From Podarcis erhardii (Eukaryota): DNA of 64,000 nt. Below, in pieces: positions 24,946-37,937 of the stretch; position 1 is the first letter of the stretch; each line of letters begins with the position of its first letter. The position numbers and the translations under genes were made by a program. The notes beneath the pieces were generated by a model. That model was not told the DNA's origin and did no database searches. It was given only the letters and a program-made list of their open reading frames with translations. The stretch is from NCBI GenBank assembly GCA_964252035.1, contig OZ176209.1; one strand, written 5' to 3'.

Positions 24946-26306
24946 TAATGTAACAACATTGAGACTTCACTAGCATATACTATGCAACTTGCCAACATAA
25001 AATTCAACAGCAAATTCAAAAAAATTCCTTCTTTCTGCATATTGACCCTGAACTAGCAGGTAAAATCCCCACACTAATATAAAAAACCCTTGCAACTCCT
25101 AATTATATTATGACATAATTTAGATAACATATTCAGTGTATTTGGCCTTGTAATCAAGTTTAGCCCTGCTGAAAACAGTATTTCCACTGGGAAATACTGT
25201 TCCTATGATTTAAAAAGCAGTCAATAATTACTAAAATATTTGTTAAACTATCTGAAAATAGCTTTCTCACATTGATGGCTAAGTCAGTGAAGCCTGATGT
25301 CCACCATTTGTAAATAAAAGATATAGTTTAGTTAAAAAAGTAAGTACCTCAAAGACCAATCTTAAAGCCAAGAAAGATTTTTCATCCAATAAGAAAGGTG
25401 CAAAATTCAGGAAAAGGTAAAAGAAAAAAACATTTCATGCATATTATGCCTCAGAAAGGTAGAAGCTCTGTCAGAGATGACATAATTATTTAAGGACATC
25501 TGTCTTCTCCTAAAATGGGGAGCATAAATGGAAAACTAATAGGCACATACATCATAACGCCATGACATTTCTTCAAGAGAGTCAAGGGAAAGGTTAATAC
25601 AATATGCAGAAAGTTAAGCTATTGAAAGCTGCTAGAATGCGCATTAGAGACAATGATTTCAACATCAAAATATCCATAACCTAGCAAGGAATGGTAACTT
25701 GTCACAACCTCCAAGTTGCCTTAGCAATTACTACACTTAATTGGAAATTCCAGGCTTTTCCTTTTTTGATAAACTTTTCACATGCACGCAGAAAGAGATG
25801 AATGCTTTTCAGCACAAGCTTTTTATCCCATACAACCAACTTGCCTGTCCTTGGTACAACTTACTGCAGAAGCTTTATATTTCATAATATTACTTGAATT
25901 GTTTTAGTCTTCTGGCATCCATAAAGCAGCTATGACCACTACTACAATAAAGAGCTTCAAAGATCTATTTTTGAATCAAGCCTCTGAATAGCACAGGCTA
26001 AGAATCTAAGTAAGTAAATTAGCAAACACTGTTTTCTGTAGGTTGTGTTCAGAGTTCCTAAAGTGTTTGTGTGGTGTAGTCAAAGCATTGCAGTAGGTTC
26101 AAATCCTTACTCATCTGTGAAGCTTACTGGACCAGTCTTTCTCAGCCCACAGAGGTGTTGCAAGGAAAAACATGGGAGTGAAAGGAACAAATTTTACAAG
26201 TAGCATAATGTTTACTAAATCAAAGGGGGAGGAAACATATTTCATTCAACTACACTACAACACTCTACTTCAGAATATACCACGTATTTAGAAGGTGGTT
26301 TTGACT

Positions 26307-26647
26307 CATTGCTCTCAAACTTTTTTCTCAGGACCACAACTTTCAAAATAAAAATTTGCTCACGCCATACTGATTTTTTTTATTGATAAGAAATAAATTG
26401 GAGAACAAAAAGAAGCAACTCCTGGCAGTGCTTGATTTTGAAAAGGTATCTTTTTTGATGCCTTTTTTGATACCTTTGATTTTGAAAAGGTATCTATCTA
26501 TTTTGAAAAGGTATCCATATTCTGCAAATAAATAAATAAATAAATAAATAAATAAAGAAAGAAAGAAAGCCCTTGAATCTTCCTACAACCCTTGCCATCT
26601 TCTCTGGCCACACCAGTGTAATGTGCCACACCCTTTGAGAACCACTG
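26307..26647. mobile_element. hAT-Charlie-like non-autonomous element with internal simple repeats
   Basis: Right end TTTGAGAACCACTG, degenerate left end CATTGCTCTCAAAC; internal triple TTTTGAAAAGGTATC; TSD not recovered. Confidence 0.55.
26526..26569. repeat. (AAAT)n(AAAG)n microsatellite
   Basis: Direct reading. Confidence 0.95.
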
Positions 26648-28264
26648 CTCTAGAGTTCTCTTCTACTGAAGAGAAGGAAATGGATTTTTCAGGCTAGGCC
26701 AGAGTTCAGAGACTTCACACATTCAAACATCATTTCCACACTAACACACCTGATTGTTAAGTTCAGTGATAGCCCCTTTTATCTAATGGAATATGAATGG
26801 GAGAGCCCTTAGCAGACATCTTTTCTGGGTCACATGGAGAATCTGAAATGCTTCTCTGCATGTTTTTATATCCTGACATAATTACTAGCTTTTTCCATGT
26901 TCAAACTATATATCTAAGCCAGAGTCAAAGCTAAGACTAAAGTGCCAAAGAAATGCTTTTGTAACCAGAATGAAGAGACAGGTGTTGTGACCATGTTACA
27001 GATTTTATGATAAGCTGCAAATCCTCTGGATTCCCAAAATACTAACATAAGCAGTCACTATCAGTAAGAAATGGATGGTTTATAAATGTTTTAAGTGAAT
27101 CATAATGAGAACAGAAAAAAAAACAATAATTGTTACAGCAGCCAAGAAAAATAAAGCACAGGAAAACTAGTTTACAGAAATAAAAAGGTGCTATTACTGA
27201 ACAATATTATCTACACTGTTTAAGATATGGTCTGTAAACCCAAAACATCCCAAGGAGAAGACCACTGCAAGTTAAGATGGAAGGAACGGGTTACTTGAAG
27301 TTTGCTCTGAAATTCCAAAAGGTATTATCACGAAGCGATGCTTGCTATGCCATAAAGACTTATGTGTGTCAGCTACGAAGTGCACTCTTCCAGCGGGAAA
27401 CAATAATGCCAGCTGGAGTGAAATGTTACAAAAATGAAGGGCAAGGGATTAAAGTGAATAGTATTGGTGTCAGATGGCTTCATATACGGGATCAAAAAGA
27501 ATATTTTTTGCACAATTTTAAATTCACTGGCTCATCAATCTAAGATTTCAGATACAATTGAAGATACTAGAGTTCAAATGGCAATGGAGAGAAAAGATAT
27601 AGCTATTGCATTGGCAGCACACTGGTTGATAAATTCCCTCCCCAGTGAAGTTCATCTGGTGCCTACACTGTTGTTTTTCAGACATCTGGTTGGGGCATTT
27701 TTATACTCTCAGGCATTTTAAATTATTTTAAAAAAATATTTGAGTGAAAAGGAAACTGAATTTTACTGAGTTATCCATTCTGCTGACTTTGGAAAGTGCA
27801 AGTACCCTGGAATAGATATTGTATGAAAGCAGTATACAAATACTCAAAAAATAAATAAAAAATAGCTTTTTCCTGCCATATATGCCAAGCATCATGAACT
27901 GGGACTGAAGAATTCATTTTTTAAAAAGAGTTAAAATGTAATCTACTTATGCAATGAAGTATTCTATATATTTAAAATAAAGATCAACTCCACAGCATGA
28001 TCAAGACTGTCAATGTAAATCATAAAATCACTTTTGAAATAAGGATGATTGGACATATGATACTCCACTTTCCTTATAAAGCTCATTATAAGGCTAAATT
28101 CCAAGCTAAACATTTCATTTTCAAAATGCATAAAAACACATTTCCATCATGATAGTTACATTATCAATTCCAGTACCAAATACCATCAACCCCTTCTCGC
28201 TACTCTGATTTAGAGAAGCTGAAGGCATGAACAAGGCTCACTGATGCTTTCTCAGCGCACTTAC

Positions 28265-28762
28265 CTGCTATAGGGATCCCTCCTAGACCTGTGCTGTGTT
28301 GTGGTGGGAGGTTTAAGTCCAAGAAATTACTATTTGAAGGGGGATTTGCTGTGTGGTTCAAGTGCATGATGTTATTGCGTGGGAAGGCCATCCAAGGATA
28401 GCGAGCGGCTTGGCCTGGAAAACTGAAGGAGTTGTAAACTGCTCGATGCTGTTGAAATTGCGGGAACCTCTGTGGCAAGACTGAAAATGTGCTATTGAGA
28501 GAGTTGGCATTTGCGGGCACAGCAGGATGCAGAAATCCAGAGCCTGACCCTTTGGCGGTTGTAGTGTGTGGGGAAGGGTTCTGGAGAGACGTGGGCGAGA
28601 GGGAGGGTTGGTCTTGGACCGACAGTTCCTTCTCGATCAGGTCTGCTAAGGCTTTGCGGGTGATATCAAAGGGATCAAACCCCAAGTCATCTTCTTGCTG
28701 TTTGGAAGAACCAAATCCAAACGCCGCTTGCCAGTCTGTAGATGAGGATACTGGGATGGTTT
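28265..28762 (-). CDS. CNOT4: CNOT4 exon 10 (498 nt), includes the CAF40-binding motif
   Basis: CCCACAG|(E)TIPVSSSTDWQAAFGFGSSKQQEDDLGFDPFDITRKALADLIEKEL...GGIPIA|GTAAGT. Confidence 0.97.
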
Positions 28763-28875
28763 CTGTGGGATTTAAAACAGGTTATTAAAGACAAAGTTGC
28801 ATTTCCCCAGCTTAATATGAGTTAAAATACTGACCGATTTCCCTTTCCAATAATTGGTTATTCTCATTCCTATGG

Positions 28876-28981
28876 CAGTTTTCCCCAGCCTGGTACTTTC
28901 CAGATGTTTTGGATTATAATTCCCATTGGTCCTTGGAGTTGTAGTCCAAAATATCTGGAGAGTAACAGGTTGGGAAATCCT
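28876..28981. mobile_element. Palindromic hAT MITE copy
   Basis: TCCAGATGTTTTGGATTATAATTCCCA ... TGGAGTTGTAGTCCAAAATATCTGGA inverted arms. Confidence 0.7.
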
Positions 28982-29762
28982 CTTCTAGGGTCAACTGGTT
29001 TTTAGATTAAAGCTCACAATATCCTTTATGTTCTAGTGGTGTACAGTTACCAAGAAAGCAACTTTCTTTATCTTTGCATTTTTCTTCCCTATAGTTCTAA
29101 ACTGATCCTCTACTTGGGATTTTCACATGTCTGTCTCACCTGAAAAGCTGCTCCCGAAGGTAACAAGCTCCTTCAGAAAATTGAGGTGGAGGCTGTGTGG
29201 GCCTACTAGGGAAGTTGGTGAAAAATCTGGCAGAAGCACCTCATGGTTTTCAAGATCCAACCCTATGAATTTCCCATCCACCTTCTGCAACACATTACAG
29301 TAGCACTTCTTCATCTTTTAAATGTAAGAAGCCACTCTTTCCACTGCATGTATTCCTTGCTAGAAGCTAGATAATTCAAGAGATATCCTACATGACAAAA
29401 CTTGATTGAGAAGCACTGTTCAGTTACTAATGAAAATGTCTCACTGCTTGTAATTTTAAGCAAAATGTTCTTATTGGTCTCATTGCTCATTAGCATCAAT
29501 GACCATATGCATACAAGCACAAAGTATGATTTATGTAAGGTTTTCTTTATTTTGAATCTTTATTTTGAATCTACATTTCCACCAGCTATGAAAAAAGTAA
29601 AGCACTTTACAAAATAATAATTGTAACATATTCACAAGTTCTTTAAACTGGAGTAGTACTGAGCAGCACAGTCAAGTTCATGCTAAACTATAAGTAAATG
29701 TAAGAGCCTGAAGATATTATCTCAAGCTACTGCGTGCATGGGTTGTCTAACTAATACTATAC

Positions 29763-30012
29763 CTGATGTGAAGAGGCTCTGTGGCTCTGGTGCCATCGGC
29801 CAGTCATTTGAAGTCTGTGGGGAGCTGGGAAATGGAGGGAGTCCACTTGGAATAGGGTTGGGGTGCCGGAAGTTGTCCGAGAAGAGAGACTGTGACTCTG
29901 TTATAGCCCCTTCAAAGGGAGACCGTGCACTGTGATTGGATGAACTGATGGGGATGACTGAATTGGATTTTGATAAGCCGGGTGGTGGTGAAGGTGTGTC
30001 ACTATTTGATAT
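29763..30012 (-). CDS. CNOT4: CNOT4 exon 9 (250 nt)
   Basis: TTTTTAG|ISNSDTPSPPPGLSKSNSVIPISSSNHSARSPFEG...EPQSLFTS|GTATAG. Confidence 0.96.
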
Positions 30013-30275
30013 CTAAAAAGAAAAAGAAAACAGTTTTACAATTGTATAGTAAAAACAGTTTCTTCTTTTAACAACAATTTGGTCATTTCCAAATAACATG
30101 TGTTTTTACAGCTAGTATAAAGTTTTAATCAAGCAACCATCTTATGCAGCTGATAGGCAGGAAAGTATATTTAAGATTATGGCAAATAAATATTTCAACA
30201 CACAATATAGTCCTTTTGCAAATATAAGGGTATGCAGTTAACAAGAGTTAAGAAGCGTTGGTTCTCAAATCTTAC

Positions 30276-30333
30276 CTGCTGCGAGTTATCACAGTTTCCT
30301 ATACTGAGAGAATCTGAAGGTTTGTCGATAGTG
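30276..30333 (-). CDS. CNOT4: CNOT4 exon 8 (58 nt)
   Basis: CTCTCTAG|TIDKPSDSLSIGNCDNSQQ|GTAAGA. Confidence 0.95.
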
Positions 30334-31529
30334 CTAGAGAGAAAGAAAAACTATTAGGCAAATGTATAAGACACAGCCTGATGGCATGAAACTGTAGGAA
30401 TTAATTTAAAAAGTAATTTTAGAAAACCTAGTTCATGGAGATAACTGACAACAAGCTGATTAGCTCCATCTTGCACATTCTGCTTGTTCATTGTTACTCA
30501 GTGTAACCTCACAGCAATCAAAGTTTGTCTATTGCCCCTACTATCAGCCCCCGACATTAAACTGGTGTCCATGAAGCAGGCACCATATCTATTTATAAGA
30601 GCTTTGTGCTCAACTTGAGATTGATGGAGCCCAGAGGACTCCCCAATTTAGATTTCAGTACACTGAGTTGTAAAGAGAGGAGACACATTAAAGAAAGAGA
30701 AGAGGCAAAAGGAATAAAGGTAAAAGAGAAAGTGAATGAACCAATATTATTATTCACTACAGCAGAAAAGCTCACTTCTCCTTTGTGCTGCTTCAGTTTC
30801 AAGACAATCGGAATGCTGTCACAACCTCTCACTTAAACACAACAGGAGACAAAACTGAAGCTCCAGCCGCTCATGCATCCACTCACCCAAAATCAGAACA
30901 GCAGAGCAACAGGAAGAGCCAGGAAAGGACAAGACAAAACTTGGAATAAGATCAGCAATTACAAACACCATGAAAAGAATGAGTTGAGAAAGGAATGGTG
31001 ACAGCAGGACAAGGAGAGATACCAGATCAGGTGCTGTCAAAAGCTAAGTGAGTGAAGGGGATCAGGCCAGGCATGCATGATGGAAGGTGCACCGGCTGGG
31101 TTCAGGCTGCAAATGTATGCTAGCACAACCTGCAGTATTAAGTAAGGCTAACATTTGAGACACTAGAAGAAAGCAAGATGCTAGAAAATGAATTGGCTGA
31201 TATGGCAGTACAACTGGAAAATAATATACTGTCACTATCTTGTTGACAAACCCAGCAGGTGTTGCAGTAAGCCACTGGACATCAACTGATGGACAAATGC
31301 AAATAATTCAGAAAATATCTGCCTGCTATGTGACCTTAAGACTGAAAGTGTCTCACAGCCAATGACCAAAGCATCTGGGTTACACAAGTGAGCTTCCTCA
31401 GTGGTTCAAATGTGAAATTGCTGATCTTCTAATATAAATAAAATCAGCCTCCATACTAGAGGACTGGAAACTGCTCAATGTAGCTAGCACCTATTGTTTA
31501 AAAAGAACAATAGGACTTGGAACATTATA

Positions 31530-32240
31530 GGCAGCTTAACTTAACATCTAGTCTAGTAAAACTGGTGGGCAGAATTATTAAAAATTGAATTACCAAACAT
31601 GCAGAAGAGCAAGTCAGGCTGAAGCAAAAGCAGCATGGCTTCCACAAGGGTATGTCCTGTCTCACCAACCCATTGAAGTTCTTTGAGGGTGTCAACAAGC
31701 ATGTAAGTAGAGGTATCCAAGTTGACATTGCATACTTGAGACTCTCAAAAAGTTTTTGATAAATTCTCTCACCAAAAGAACCTAGAACAAGTTTAGCAGT
31801 CATAGGAAAAGAAGACAGGTCCTCTTATGGATGAGCAACTGGTTAAGTAATAGAAAGCAGGAATAAATAGACAGTTCTTCCTCTATAGGGAATGCAAAAA
31901 TCAGTACTGTAACCAGTGCTTTTTTAACTTGTTCATAAATGACCTGGAGTTAGGGGCAAGTACAGAAGTAACCTGGTTTGCTGATGACACTAAGTTGTTC
32001 AGAGTATTAAAAACATAAAGAAATTGCAAGGAGATCCAAAAGGGTATATTGAAACTAGGTGAATGGACATTAAAATGGGAAATGTAGATTGATGTGAGCA
32101 AGTGTAAAGTGATGCATAGTGGAGCAAAAACCCCTAACTTTACATATACACTCATGGGGTCCAAACTGGTTGTGACTGATCAGGAAGGAGATCTTGGGGT
32201 CAAATTGGATAGCTCAATTAAGATGTCAACCAAGTGAGCA
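31530..32240 (+). mobile_element. Decayed CR1 LINE ORF2 (reverse transcriptase) fragment
   Basis: QHGFHKGMSCLTN-like segment and FADDTKL at 31977-31997; multiple frameshifts and stops. Confidence 0.9.
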
Positions 32241-34881
32241 TCTATTAAAATAGTCATACATAAAACAATAAATATATTTTCTTTTTCTGCACTAGTTAAA
32301 CATAAAAAATTCAAACACCCTAAAACATAAGACTGATAAGCAAAGACATTGGAATTTATTACAGTATTTGACAAAACAAAACCAATTTCCTCTCCTTTTT
32401 TCTCAAACTTGTTAGTTTTGCCCCAAGTGCATATTCCCACACTTGCTCTATCCAATCTCCTGCATATGGTATACTTCGAAGCCTCCAGTACTTGGTGTAA
32501 AGTGCTCTGGCTGCAGACACCATAATGCCGTATGCAACTGAATGACAACATAATCCTAACAGTTTAAAAGGTAACAAAGAAAAAAGAGGGAGCGTCAAGC
32601 AGGCAAGTAAATCATTTGCTGATTTTATCTCAGCCATTGAGTGTAAATGAGCAGAATCACTTCCTGCTTTTAAGATTGATACTTATGAGGTGTGACCCTG
32701 AATTTTGTGATCTATTCAAAGCTATACTGGTCATTCCCAAACTCTTCCTACAATAAAGTCTAATTCTAAGCACATGGACATATGTCTGTTTTCACGTGTC
32801 TGTGGATGATATTGGACTGGATAACCAAGACTATATACAGTCTCATCTGAATCAATTACAGAAGCAGGAAGTCAACACAAGAAAGTATTCTAAAAAGAAT
32901 TTGTTTGTTAAGTCATACAAACTCAAAAATCAAACAAGCACTATACTCCAGCTATAGCCTACATTTTAGAGGTTTTGGCAGAACACTACTCTTTCAATAT
33001 CTGTTGAATTATCTTAAGTCCACAGGCAAAGAGGGAAACATAAATGTATATATTACATTGTTTCAGCCTACTTAACACTATATATATTTTTAAGCAAAGC
33101 ATGGAGTAAAACTAGGTGAAACGGACTGTTTTTTCTTTGTGTAAAACTATTTAACACTCATAATGAACTGAAACTTTTAAATTAATTATTCAAACACAAA
33201 ATTTAATTATTTCCTCATTATTAGAAATATTGCAGTCTTTCAGTCCTGCGGCCAGAAACACAGCTGTTTCATAGAAGTTTCCAGATGTTCAAAACCCCTT
33301 TACTAATAAATAGGCTTGAGTTCCTGTTAAGTCTGTGATAGCATGCCTCTGAAAATATTGATATCTGGATTAGACCTATGATCCACTTAGAGGAAGCGCT
33401 GAATATGGTTTGAAAAGTCCCAAATCAGGAGATTTTAGGCATAAGACTAGCCACAGGCGAAGGCTGGAACCAAAAGATTCTTAAGGTAAGAGTAAAAAGC
33501 TCTTCCACTCACAGAGGAAAGGTTGCCAATTTTTTATTTCAACTGTAGTCCTTTTGTACCATGTTAAATCTTGCTCTGAAATGTTTTCTAACCTTCAGGA
33601 GTTGTTGTGGGATGGTGGTGGAGGAAGATGAGATAGTGGGGAAAGATGAGAAAGTCCTATTCATTGTGTGGACTTTTGGATCCTGGTCAGCTGAACCAGT
33701 ACTACAGATGTGTAGAACATTTTCAGATCATTTTTTCAGGCTCATAACTAAAAAAGAGCCTAAGAGCTGCTTAGCTTCATATAAAGCATTACTACAACAT
33801 TTCCATAGTGCTATGGTAATCCACAATGGAATATCTAAAGCAGATCACTTTCTTCTCAGCAGGACAGCTTCAAAATTAGGTAATGGGATGTTTTTCTAAA
33901 TAGAAAAGCTCTTCTATTGACATTCTACTTCCAAAAGTGCTGATGTCTGCAATGATTTCTAGTGATGAAGTCTGAAATATTAGGTCAATGTTAGAACAAG
34001 AATACAAGGTATTCAGTGAGTTTACCCTATTTCCTAATAAGCTTCTTAGGCCCAGCTCACACATTACTGGTGCAACATGGAAGTAACCTCTTGTGTTCTG
34101 GTGCCTCATTAACACTAGAACACTAGAACAAGAAACAATGGAGTCAGGCAACTTATATGGCCACTTTCCCGCACCTCAACCTATTACAGGTGGGAAACTA
34201 GAGCCTAAGAAAGCAGTTTCCACACTGCAACAGTACACATCAGTATTCCCAATTCAAAAGCATAATATGTTGTGCTATGCAACTTGCATTTTTAATCCAA
34301 CTTGTTAAAAGCCCCACAATGATGCTTATGATGCAAGGGACATATTGCAGTATTAAACACAAATTCAAGTAGTCTTAGTAGTCTAAAGGGAGGGGAAAGC
34401 TGATGGATCTCAATCCAGTGCCATACTTGCTTAACAAAATGCCTGGGTGAAGAGTGTAATGTACTTCGATCTGCCAACTGAGATCAGAGTATTCAAGACA
34501 ATTAATTAAATGACTCTTACCTAAAAGATGAGAGTTCCTACTATGCAACTTTTTCTCTTAAAGAACATTAAAAATTGTTTGCTGAAGTGAGGTACGTGGT
34601 TTGCTAGGACACAGACGCAGAAGGAAACTTGTTTCAAAATGCCTTGCCTTTTCCACAACCCTTACCTTTAAAAATCATCTTCTGGCCTAGACACAGACTT
34701 CTCCTGAACAAACTGCCCATTGCAAAATAATGTGCAGCCCCCCCACCTAGGCATCACCTAGTGGTTCAGGCCAACCATTTTAACTTGAATCCAGCTCTCT
34801 TGACAGAGGCTAGAGAATCATCCCTCCACATCAGTGAGAGAGAAAGAAAGCTAACTAAAGTATAAAAGGCAGCACAATTAC

Positions 34882-35037
34882 CCGAAATCTGAATCTGGAC
34901 CATCTGGAGTCATGTGTTCTGAGTCTGTGCCATTTTCTAAAATAGGAGGCGTTTTCCTGTGTTCCATAGTTAAGCCGTTGACTGATTTACTTGAACTCTG
35001 TAATGATGGCCAGGCATCTTTGTTATTACTGTTGGGT
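34882..35037 (-). CDS. CNOT4: CNOT4 additional cassette exon (156 nt, symmetric phase 2) between exons 7 and 8
   Basis: Acceptor CTCTCTTTTACTTTCACCTCTTTCCAG, donor GG|GTAATT; in frame with both neighbours: (R)PNSNNKDAWPSLQSSSKSVNGLTMEHRKTPPILENGTDSEHMTPDGPDSDF(G). Confidence 0.85.
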
Positions 35038-37937
35038 CTGGAAAGAGGTGAAAGTAAAAGAGAGTTCAAGTTATGTAGAAAATCTTAATAGTGAAACACT
35101 GGGAAAATTATTCCTCATGCCATATACTGTGCAGAGGAATATGGAGGTCTTCAACAGAAAAGTTAATGTCTGCTATTAAGACTGTAGAAAGAAACTGTTT
35201 TCTTGCACCAGGCAGGCTGTTTACACTTATAGTTGTTGTTTTTTTAATTAGGTGAATCCCACCAAGACATGTGGTCCTTAAACTGTTCTTTCATCCCAAC
35301 ATTCTCCAGTTTTATGAGTAATGTTACCCCTACCCTTCATATGCTATATCCAAGCTTTGTCCTTGAGGATTTCCCCCATGTGACCGGCATTATACACTTC
35401 TGAAATATCACTGTACCGGTGCTGGTAAGTTCTAAGTTACCCAATTTGTCTCGTTTCAAATACTGATTCCCAAAGTTTCAAAACTCAGGCTAATATAAGC
35501 ATAGATCATTAAATAAGGTTCTTTTGGTGTGTAAAATTATTTGAGAGGATGAATAAAGGTAAACTGAAGCAGGGAATCACATCTTTAAACAGACATTCCC
35601 TGCTGGGTTTTGTATGTATATGCAAATAAATATTAATATTTATCATCAACATAATTATAAATGTTTCTTTCTCCTAATTAGTCCTTCAGTTTCACCCTAT
35701 TTTTAAAATCACCATCCCAGGAAAGAATGAAGGATATTTAGAACTGTAACTTATAATGATTATGTTTAGAGACCTGTGCTCTTTTCAAAATGTGTATCTT
35801 GTCTTGCCATTCATTCCTTGAAATGCAATAAATTTATGAGTTCTCAAAATGAATGTGGAACAGACACACCCTGCTTTTTAAAACCAAGCGTCACTGATCT
35901 AACAAAAATTGATTGCATTTTCAATTTTTATATTGATTCCTCATCTTTCCATGCATTTCAGAATTGGTTCCATAAAGCAGACACTACAAGAAGGTAAATA
36001 TGGCACTGTCAGTTCCATTTATCAAGTTGAAAATTAGTCTGCCATGTAATTCTTATCTGCTTGCCTACCGTGTTCTAAAGTTTACACCCACATAAAAGTT
36101 GCTTGTCTACATCTCTTCCAGATCTGAATGCTGGTAACTGATGAGTGAACTCACAAACTGGCTATTTCTGTCAGCATTTCAAGTTACTGCCCACAAGAAC
36201 TGTATGAAATCAGAAAGCAGTGGGAATCACAGCCTTTTCTCTGGACCAATGGAAGTTAAGTTTGAGCAGAAAAAATAGTAATAAAGAAATCATGAAAGAA
36301 AATCTTCATGAAGTATACAGCAGATGCATTTTCTGTTTTGAATGCAGAACCAACTTATTTGCTACTTAGATGACACTTGTTTCAGGAACAAAGCTGAACT
36401 CTATGCTTAAGAACTTAGATTCACAGCAAAGAGTGGCAAAAAACATCAAAACAGATGACAAGAGGATAGCAAGGACCTAACATTTATTCAGTTTCTTCAG
36501 CTTACTGGGATCTTATAAAATAAATCACTGGAGATGTAAGACTGCTGAGACAGCACAGACAATTCAGAATGAACCAGTAGGAAGTAAGCTTATTTCTACT
36601 TTGTTTTATGGTCCAGATAGAATGGTCATGCATACCCAATCTACCTTGGGCTATTTTGTAAGAATGGTAATTAAGTTCTTGAAAAATTCCTGCTGCAGAG
36701 ACTGGACAGAGCCAAATTTGTAGCCATTTCTAAAGACATTGTCTTCTTGCTGTTTCTTCTTGCCTTATGATGTGACTCCATCAGGTCTCAGAACACACTG
36801 TGAGAAAACATGACTTGACTCTTGCATGTTTGGTTTATTTCTTTTGATGCTCTTGAAGAAACAGTATTTCTCTCGCAAAGCTCACACTAATACAACAGCC
36901 AAGAGAGTAAGAAGGTATCATTATCCATATGAGAGGCTGGCACATGACAAAACTGATCTGATGTTCTGCCCAGAGTCAAAGTATCAACTTTCCTTAATAC
37001 AAGATTTGTCTTTTCCTTTAAGAGGCAATGCTGATCCGCTAAGATTTGACACTGGAAAAATTGTTTAAGATCCTGAGCAAGGTTGCTCTTGAAATCTTAT
37101 TGGAAAAGGATCCCCATTAAGAAGGATCTAAAGAGTGCAAATTCTTGTTCACCAATCATTTGCCATGGTCACAAAGTTCAGGTGTTCAGTCACAAATAGA
37201 TTTTCCCATTCATTTAGGTTTCCCTTATTAATAGTTCAAGAGGCTAAACCAGAGGTATTAGTAGTCTGACTACCATTCAAACTCAAGAAGTATCTTGCAA
37301 GCACAAACCTTATGTCATATTCTAAATATTAATGGTGTTTCTCTTATTAAGTAATGTAAGCTTTTCCAGAAATAGACAACCACTTAAAATTGTTACTTGG
37401 AATAGATAGGTGCTAAGTCAAAAAACCCTCAGCAACCTTTCATTAAACAGACATATAAATCTATGTTACTCTGTCAAAGTCTGCACCCTACATATTAGCA
37501 GCCAACGTATTGAAACAAAAATCTCAACTAAGTTGCAATGAGTCAGAACATTTTACACTAACTTTGTCTTTCAGATGAGTCCTTTGTGGCATTCTCACCT
37601 TCTAAAGGCAAGGTGGACTCACACATTCATAGTAATGTTGTGTTGTACTTAAAATGAGTAAATCTTGTATTTTGTATTTCCAGTTTAATGACATGCCCTG
37701 CTATTTCACACCAAACCACACTATTTTACAATTGTAAATGATGCACTAATGCGAACATCTGCTGAAACAGTTGTTTGAAAATGCTGCATACATCTGTATA
37801 ATGATGCAAAGGAAGTAAGATGTCAAGTGTGCTGGCTTAAGCAGTAAGGCAGTGAAGCAGAGCGCTTAGAAAGAGGGGTAAAGGGGGAGGTTTGATGAAA
37901 ACTAAAGAGTACACACAGAGAACCTTTACCCTCATAC

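Noticed and set aside
11293-28264. Search for the mammalian short-isoform last exon (GEEEVKVSTMPL...)
   Set aside because: No convincing match found by eye; a CAAGGACAG (QGQ) hit near 25850 is too short to count.
28200-28264. Read-through of the exon 10 donor (GKCAEKASVSLVHAFSFSKSE*)
   Set aside because: The donor is consensus (CAG|GTAAGT) and there is no nearby minus-strand poly(A) signal; an ORF-track artefact.
33561-33899. 112-aa plus-strand ORF and a Ser/Thr-rich minus-strand stretch ending AAG|GTTAGA
   Set aside because: No acceptor gives an open CNOT4-compatible frame, and the plus ORF is antisense and unrecognisable.
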